A stretch of DNA of 64,000 nt, taken from contig JACRIR010000053.1 of NCBI GenBank assembly GCA_016215705.1, forward strand, positions 11,973 through 75,972. Reading direction: 5' to 3'. The notes beneath the pieces are model-generated. The model was not told the origin of the DNA and searched no databases. It saw nothing but the letters and a program-made list of their open reading frames with translations. Source of the DNA: Candidatus Poribacteria bacterium. GTDB taxonomy: Bacteria; Abyssobacteria; SURF-5. The translations under genes were made by a program, and so were the position numbers. Within the stretch, counting starts at the first letter, position 1. Each line of letters opens with the position of its first letter. Positions 58,855 through 64,000 of the stretch are shown here, piece by piece.

Positions 58855-58879
58855 AAGTCAATGTCAATTCGCCAACCAG

Positions 58880-58920
58880 GAAAATCGGGGACACGATGCG
58901 GCATCGTGTCCCCGATTTTC
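58880..58920. repeat. Perfect 20-bp inverted repeat (REP-like palindrome / bidirectional terminator)
   Basis: GAAAATCGGGGACACGATGC-G-GCATCGTGTCCCCGATTTTC between convergent genes. Confidence 0.85.
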
Positions 58921-58986
58921 GCTGAAATGCCGATAGAGAGAAGATTTGATTAGTCGATGAATCTCCGGGACGTAGCGCCAGTGGCG

Positions 58987-59712
58987 TTACAGAACCCCGT
59001 ACCGGCTTGCAACTAATTGGTTGGCCCGAGCGAGCGAGGGAAATGTGCCTGCGTCGGTCCACCATCCGTCCAGAATCTCATAAGTCATGCTGCCTCGTTC
59101 GATATATGCGTTGTTTACATCTGTGATTTCGAGTTCGCCTCGCCCCGAAGGTTTCAGCGTCTTGATTATGTCGAAGACGGTCCCGTCATACATGTATATG
59201 CCGATTACCGCATAGCTGGACTCCGGCTTCTTGGGCTTTTCGTCGATCCTGGTTACTTTGTCCCCGTTCAGGACTGCGACGCCGAAGCGCTCAGGATCAT
59301 CTACCGCTTTCAAAAAAATCTTTGCCCCCTCTTTTTGTCGCTTGAAATCATCGACCGCCTTGCGGATCGAGCTCTCGATTATGTTATCACCCAAAACGAC
59401 GGTTATCAGGTCTCTGTCCGCAAAATGTTCGGCAAGTCCGAGGGCCTCTGCTATGCCTCCCTCGCCTTCCTGATAGGTATAATTTATGTGCTTGAGGCCA
59501 AATTCCTTTCCGTTTCCGATCAGTCTCAAGAAATCGCCGGCGCTGTTGCCGCCGGTGACCAGAAGTATGTCGGTAATGCCCGCCCCGACAAGGGTTTCAA
59601 TCGGATAATAAATCATGGGCTTGTTGTACACAGGCAACAAATGCTTGTTGGTGACCTTAGTGAGAGGATACAGGCGCGTTCCCAGGCCGCCTGCCAACAC
59701 AACTCCCTTCAT
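58987..59712 (-). CDS. Glucose-1-phosphate thymidylyltransferase, short form (RmlA/RfbA/SpsI-like)
   Basis: LAGGLGTRLYPLT, KHLLPVYNKPM, LGDN, EKP, SGRGELEITD, WTDAGT. Confidence 0.92.
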   Translation of the reverse strand: MKGVVLAGGLGTRLYPLTKVTNKHLLPVYNKPMIYYPIETLVGAGITDILLVTGGNSAGDFLRLIGNGKEFGLKHINYTYQEGEGGIAEALGLAEHFADRDLITVVLGDNIIESSIRKAVDDFKRQKEGAKIFLKAVDDPERFGVAVLNGDKVTRIDEKPKKPESSYAVIGIYMYDGTVFDIIKTLKPSGRGELEITDVNNAYIERGSMTYEILDGWWTDAGTFPSLARANQLVASRYGVL

Positions 59713-59768
59713 CTTCGCTCTTCCTTTCTCTGCTCTCTGTATTCGTGATCCAAGTCTTCTCCTTCTCT

Positions 59769-59803
59769 TCGACTTTTGACTTTCGACCTTTGATCTTTGA
59801 CCG
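59769..59803. repeat. Degenerate heptamer array
   Basis: TCGACTT TTGACTT TCGACCT TTGATCT TTGACCG. Confidence 0.75.
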
Positions 59804-59852
59804 CACAATGACGTCGGTTTTGACTGCGGCTATGCTGCGGCGTGATCTCTTG

Positions 59853-60542
59853 TCATTCCAACGGCTTCACGAAACTCTTGGCGAAGCCGGGTATCTTACG
59901 AATCGATTGAAGCGCCAGTTGGGCTTCCCCTTCGGTATCAAAGGGACCGATGTACACCCTGTACCATCTTCCTTTTGCCCCGAGGTCCGCTTCAAAGACG
60001 CCTGCGGCAAATCCCTCATTCAGAATCTTCTTTCTCGTGGCGGTCGCGTCAGCCTGGCTGGAGGTGGAGAGCGCCTGAATTACATACTTCGGGGCTCCGG
60101 AACGGGAGGTCTTCTCTGCCGCAGGAGGCAGAGGTTCTTGACCGGTCGCCTCTTTCATTGCCGGCTGGGCCGTTTCTGAAGAGCGCGCGAGGTCGGGTTT
60201 TGGAGTTGAGGCTGTCTTCGCCGGCAATGAGGGTGTCTTTGTCGGTATTCGCAACGGCGCAGCAGGCGCGTTTCGCCCGTTCTCCGCGCCCTTTCGTGTC
60301 ACTGCCGGCGTAGCGGCGGCAGCGCCGGGCGTTTCAGGTTTGGATAGAATAACAACAGGAGGCTGCTCCTTGGATGGTTCCGCCGCAGGAACTGCTTCGG
60401 GATTGGTTGCGGGCTGGGCCACCTTGGACGAATCAAGGCTCAGCCGCTGGACCACCAATCTTCCACCCATGAGTCCGCCGCCGAGGGCTATCATAAACAA
60501 GCCCGCGATAAGACAGATGAGTTGTGCAATGCCGGTTTTCAT
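59853..60542 (-). CDS. SPOR-domain membrane-anchored protein
   Basis: N-terminal TM, Pro/Ala/Thr linker, YVIQ...S, WYRVYIGPF. Confidence 0.9.
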   Translation of the reverse strand: MKTGIAQLICLIAGLFMIALGGGLMGGRLVVQRLSLDSSKVAQPATNPEAVPAAEPSKEQPPVVILSKPETPGAAAATPAVTRKGAENGRNAPAAPLRIPTKTPSLPAKTASTPKPDLARSSETAQPAMKEATGQEPLPPAAEKTSRSGAPKYVIQALSTSSQADATATRKKILNEGFAAGVFEADLGAKGRWYRVYIGPFDTEGEAQLALQSIRKIPGFAKSFVKPLE

Positions 60543-60597
60543 GCGCCCCTATTCACCATCGATATCGGCGAACGGCCCATATTGAAGTCCAAAAGGC

Positions 60598-60627
60598 ACT
60601 TTATCATGTTTGGAATAAGAGTGTCAA
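60598..60627 (-). promoter_or_regulatory. Putative sigma70 promoter for SPOR gene
   Basis: TTGACA-18-TAAAGT with TG extension. Confidence 0.55.
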
Positions 60628-60677
60628 AAGCTAAGCGCACACGTTCGCAAATACGATAACGTATTCGCCTAACCTCC

Positions 60678-60704
60678 GTAGGGGCGACCCGGCGGGTCGC
60701 CTCT
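60678..60704 (+). repeat. GTAG-type REP-like hairpin
   Basis: GTAG GGGCGACCC GGC GGGTCGCC: GTAG tetranucleotide followed by a GC-rich palindrome. Confidence 0.65.
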
Positions 60705-60741
60705 ATGATGAAATACGTTGTAGAAATTAGGAAACTGACTA

Positions 60742-61311
60742 CTATGTTATCTGAACGTTCTCATCAATCGGGATGTCGACCCGCGTCACTCCGCGGTCCC
60801 AAAACCTTCTCGTCATCTTGAGGCCGCTTCTGTTCAGAACTGCGAACATGCGCGAATTTTCATCCATAATATACCCGATGATGACCCGGACACCTTGCAG
60901 TTTGGCAACATGCGCGAGGTGTCGCAGGACTTCCGTGCCGATCCCGCGTCCCTGACAGGCGTCTTGCACCACGATTGCAAATTCGGCCGCTCCCGGCTCC
61001 TTTTCCTCGAGCGTATAGCGGCCAATGGCCACCATCTTTTCCTTTCCGCATTCGCTCACAAGCGCTCCAATGGCCATCTGCTTCTCGTAGTCCATGTGAG
61101 TAAGCTGCTCGAGTTGTTCTTTGGGCATGTATTTCAGCGTGGAAAAGAATCGAAAGTAGATTGTCTCCTTTGAGAATGAATTGAACAACTCGACAATCAG
61201 GCTTTCGTCTGTCGGCTTGATGGGCCGCAGGAGGGCCTGAACCCCGTCAGACAACACAATGGTTTTCCTGTATTGCTCAGGATACTCGGATTGCACAGTG
61301 GATGAATTCAC
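60742..61311 (-). CDS. Stand-alone GNAT resembling the GNAT domain of Pat/PatZ-type acetyltransferases
   Basis: LRPIKPTD, TIYFRFF, HMDY, AEFAIVVQD..QGRGIGT, ENSRM. GTG start chosen at 61311. Confidence 0.85.
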   Translation of the reverse strand: MNSSTVQSEYPEQYRKTIVLSDGVQALLRPIKPTDESLIVELFNSFSKETIYFRFFSTLKYMPKEQLEQLTHMDYEKQMAIGALVSECGKEKMVAIGRYTLEEKEPGAAEFAIVVQDACQGRGIGTEVLRHLAHVAKLQGVRVIIGYIMDENSRMFAVLNRSGLKMTRRFWDRGVTRVDIPIDENVQIT

Positions 61312-61333
61312 CCCCCCCCTGCGACTGCCCGGT

Positions 61334-61936
61334 TCATATTTTCCGGCTGCCCGGCTTGTACAGAGGCACTCCTCGCAAACAGAGCGGACAAGCTTCTTTT
61401 CGGAAAGTCGAGACTTGCACCCGCGCAAGCGGTTTAAATGGAACACGGAACTCGGCTTTACCTCCGCTTCGGTCGATAACCGCCGCGACGCCGGTCACGG
61501 ATGCGCCCATCTGAGTCAAGGCGTCTATAACCTCTTGCGCGGACCCTCCCGTCGTCGTTATGTCCTCGACTACGAGCGCGCGTTCTCCCTTCGTTACGGC
61601 GAAGCCCCGTCTGAGCGTCATTGTGCCCGCTTCGCGTTCAGTGAACATCGCACGCACACCAAGCGCCCGGCCCACTTCCTGCGCAACGACTATCCCGCCG
61701 ATGGCGGGACCGACAACGCAGTCAATCTTTGCATCCAGGAATTTTACCGCGATGGCGGAGCCAATACGTTCGGCGATTTCGGGATATTGCAGCACTATGG
61801 CGCATTGCAGGTATTTCTCGCTGTGAAGCCCCGAAGACAGCAGGAAATGGCCATTGAGCAGCGCCCCTTTTTGCTCGAATATGTCCAACACTTCTTTTGC
61901 CGACAACTCCGGTGTTCTTGATTTTTTCGTAGGCAT
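61334..61936 (-). CDS. pyrE: Orotate phosphoribosyltransferase
   Basis: GHFLLSSGLHS, GPAIGG, VVEDITTTGGS, KPGSR. Confidence 0.95.
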   Translation of the reverse strand: MPTKKSRTPELSAKEVLDIFEQKGALLNGHFLLSSGLHSEKYLQCAIVLQYPEIAERIGSAIAVKFLDAKIDCVVGPAIGGIVVAQEVGRALGVRAMFTEREAGTMTLRRGFAVTKGERALVVEDITTTGGSAQEVIDALTQMGASVTGVAAVIDRSGGKAEFRVPFKPLARVQVSTFRKEACPLCLRGVPLYKPGSRKI

Positions 61937-61950
61937 GTGCTCCTGATCCT

Positions 61951-62676
61951 TTAAGTCATTTCGGCGAGAATCTTTCCCGCTGCCTCCAGCGGGTCCCTCG
62001 CCTTCGTAATCGGGCGACCAACCACAATTCTGTCGGCGCCCGCAGCCAACGCCTCGGCCGGCGTCGCCACTCTCTTCTGATCGTTCGCGTGCTCCCACGA
62101 CGGTCTTATCCCCGGCGTCACAATCTGAAAACTCGATCCGCACGCGGCGCGAATCGCCGCCGCCTCATGTGGCGAGGCCACGACACCGTCGAGACCCGCC
62201 TCCTTCGCCTGACGCGCCTTTGCAATCACAAAAGGGCCGACCCCATTGGCGAGAGAAAAGCCGATTTCCTCCTCCAGCGCTCGCCGGTCGAGGCTCGTGA
62301 GCACCGTAACCGCAAGCACAACCGGCCGCTTCACCTCAAGCCCGCTTGCGGTCCGGACCACCGCATCGGCGGCGGCGCGCATCATCGCCATTCCGCCAAG
62401 GGCATGCACGTTGAACATATCGACACCCAATCGCGTCGCGCTTGCGGCGGCGCCGGCCACAGTGTTCGGGATGTCGTGAAACTTCATGTCGAGGAAGACT
62501 GATTTGCCGAGAGTTTTCAGACGCTCGACAATCTCCGGGCCTGCCGCGCTGAAGAGCTCGAGCCCGACCTTGTAGAAGGTCACGATCTCGCCCATTCTCT
62601 CCGCAAATCCCAGCGCTTCATCAGCGGATGGGAAATCAAGCGCAACAATCAGTCTTTCCCTGGGGTCCGGGTTCAT
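61951..62676 (-). CDS. pyrF: Orotidine-5'-phosphate decarboxylase
   Basis: IVALD, KVG, DMKFHDIPNT, VTVLTS, TPGIR, DQKR, VVGRPI. Confidence 0.97.
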   Translation of the reverse strand: MNPDPRERLIVALDFPSADEALGFAERMGEIVTFYKVGLELFSAAGPEIVERLKTLGKSVFLDMKFHDIPNTVAGAAASATRLGVDMFNVHALGGMAMMRAAADAVVRTASGLEVKRPVVLAVTVLTSLDRRALEEEIGFSLANGVGPFVIAKARQAKEAGLDGVVASPHEAAAIRAACGSSFQIVTPGIRPSWEHANDQKRVATPAEALAAGADRIVVGRPITKARDPLEAAGKILAEMT

Positions 62677-63598
62677 CTGTGACAAGGCTCCCTATAAGTT
62701 GATAAACATCGCGCATCTTGTTCTTGATGAGATACCGCTCGATACCCTCGATTATCTCGAGTGTCACCTTCGGATTTATGAAATTCGCAGTGCCGACGGC
62801 GACAGCAGTCGCGCCTGCTATCAGGAATTCCACGGCATCCTGCCAGCAGGAAATGCCTCCGATCCCGACCACTGGAATCTTGACGGCCCGCGCCACCTGC
62901 CAGACCATTCTGAGCGCCACCGGTTTTACGGCGGGGCCGGATAGTCCGCCGGTGACGTTCGCGAGTACCGGCTTCCGCGTGTTTATGTCAATCGCAAGGC
63001 CGGTGAGCGTGTTAATGAGAGAAATCGCATCGGCGCCGCTGCTCTCAACGGCAAGCGCGATTGCGGCGACATCGGTGACGTTCGGTGTCAGTTTCACAAT
63101 GAGGGGCTTATTCGGGGCGGCTCGCTTGACGGCCTGCGTCACCTCCGCCGACAAGTTGGGGTTTTGCCCGAACGATATCCCTCCATACTTGATGTTCGGG
63201 CACGATATGTTCAACTCGATTCCGGCGACGCCCTCCTGATCTTTCAGCTTCTTCGCCACCTCGACATAATCGTCTATCTCGCGGCCAACAACGTTCACGA
63301 TTACCGCTGTGTCGATCTCGCGAATCTTCGAAAGTTTTCCTTTAATGAAGACCTCGATGCCGACGTTCTGCAAGCCGATTGCATTGAGCATCCCGGCGCG
63401 TGTTTCGACAATGCGCGCAGGCCTGTTGCCCGACCACGGTCTGCTTGATATGCCCTTCGTTACAAAGGCCCCCAACCGCGCCAGGTCGAGGAACCTCGAG
63501 AACTCAAGCCCGTAGCCGAATGTGCCCGAGGCCGTCATTACAGGGTTTTTCATCTCGATGCCGCCGACGTCCACCCGCATGCTCGGACGATTAAGCAT
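62636..63598 (-). CDS. pyrD: Dihydroorotate dehydrogenase 1B catalytic subunit
   Basis: ASGTFG, NAIGLQN, LNISCPN, KLTPN, INT, GGLSGPA, GIGGI. Confidence 0.97.
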   Translation of the reverse strand: MLNRPSMRVDVGGIEMKNPVMTASGTFGYGLEFSRFLDLARLGAFVTKGISSRPWSGNRPARIVETRAGMLNAIGLQNVGIEVFIKGKLSKIREIDTAVIVNVVGREIDDYVEVAKKLKDQEGVAGIELNISCPNIKYGGISFGQNPNLSAEVTQAVKRAAPNKPLIVKLTPNVTDVAAIALAVESSGADAISLINTLTGLAIDINTRKPVLANVTGGLSGPAVKPVALRMVWQVARAVKIPVVGIGGISCWQDAVEFLIAGATAVAVGTANFINPKVTLEIIEGIERYLIKNKMRDVYQLIGSLVTDEPGPQGKTDCCA

Positions 63599-64000
63599 GC
63601 CACATCACCGTCCTGACATCGAACGCAGGCCCCTCAGTGCAAATTCGGGTGAACCTGGCCTTTTGACCTGGCGCCTTGACGGCGCAAACGCACGAGATGC
63701 ATGCGCCAAAACCGCAGGCCATTCTTTCCTCGAGAAGCGCTTCGCACGGAATGTTATAGTGGTCCGCAAGCCCGCTGAGCGCGGCCAGCATCGGCCTTGG
63801 CCCGCAGGCGAATATTCTGCTTGACCGCAGCGAATCCCGGTGGCTTTCAAGATATTCGGCGAGCGGTTGGGTCACAAGACCCCTGCGTCCGGCGCTGCCG
63901 TCATCGGTGCAGACTATGTGGTTTAAACGCATGCGCTCGAACATCTTCACCTTGTCTTTCCGCACGCCTCGCAACTCGAAGGGAAGCCTCGATCTTGTGA
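63591..64000 (-). CDS. pyrK: Dihydroorotate dehydrogenase electron transfer subunit (5' truncated by window edge)
   Basis: TDDGS, ACGPRPM, EERMACGFGACISC...ICTEGP [2Fe-2S] motif. Upstream of pyrD. Confidence 0.92.
   Translation of the reverse strand, partial: TRSRLPFELRGVRKDKVKMFERMRLNHIVCTDDGSAGRRGLVTQPLAEYLESHRDSLRSSRIFACGPRPMLAALSGLADHYNIPCEALLEERMACGFGACISCVCAVKAPGQKARFTRICTEGPAFDVRTVMWHA

Overview
A gene-dense window from a diderm, probably anaerobic bacterium, dominated by cell-surface glycan genes. (1) 1-6101 (+): 3' end of a TonB-dependent receptor, an orphan periplasmic solute-binding protein, a HAMP-GAF histidine kinase, a single-domain response regulator and a REC-PAS-HK-REC hybrid kinase. 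(2) 6146-38641 (-): a ~32 kb tightly coupled Wzx/Wzy exopolysaccharide locus. It has an OM beta-barrel, a short Wza, Wzc, Wzx, two O-antigen-ligase-family proteins, a priming transferase and 7 GT4s. It also carries an unusual tailoring load: four cobalamin-binding radical SAM enzymes, two class I methyltransferases, two deacetylases, a GNAT and a DegT-like PLP enzyme. A D-aminoacylase and an unknown secreted protein head the locus. (3) 39077-42103 (-): an isolated DsrM/DsrK-like pair plus a receiver protein. (4) 42538-43930: an intergenic stack of 7-9 nt tandem repeats around a GH1 glycosidase gene remnant, an SDR, and a perfect (TTTAGGG)5 tract. (5) 43908-58854: a second glycosylation locus with three GT-C-type membrane proteins (GT87/DUF2029-like, YfhO-like, DUF2723/TMEM260-like), a polyprenol-phosphate-mannose synthase, GT2/GT4s, a methyltransferase and a radical SAM/SPASM-type protein. 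(6) 58987-64000 (-): glucose-1-phosphate thymidylyltransferase, a SPOR protein, a GNAT and pyrE/pyrF/pyrD/pyrK. No rRNA, tRNA, CRISPR array or transposase was recognised. All family calls come from motif recognition by eye, not from database searches. Several start codons were moved from the ORF track using RBS and gene-overlap evidence.
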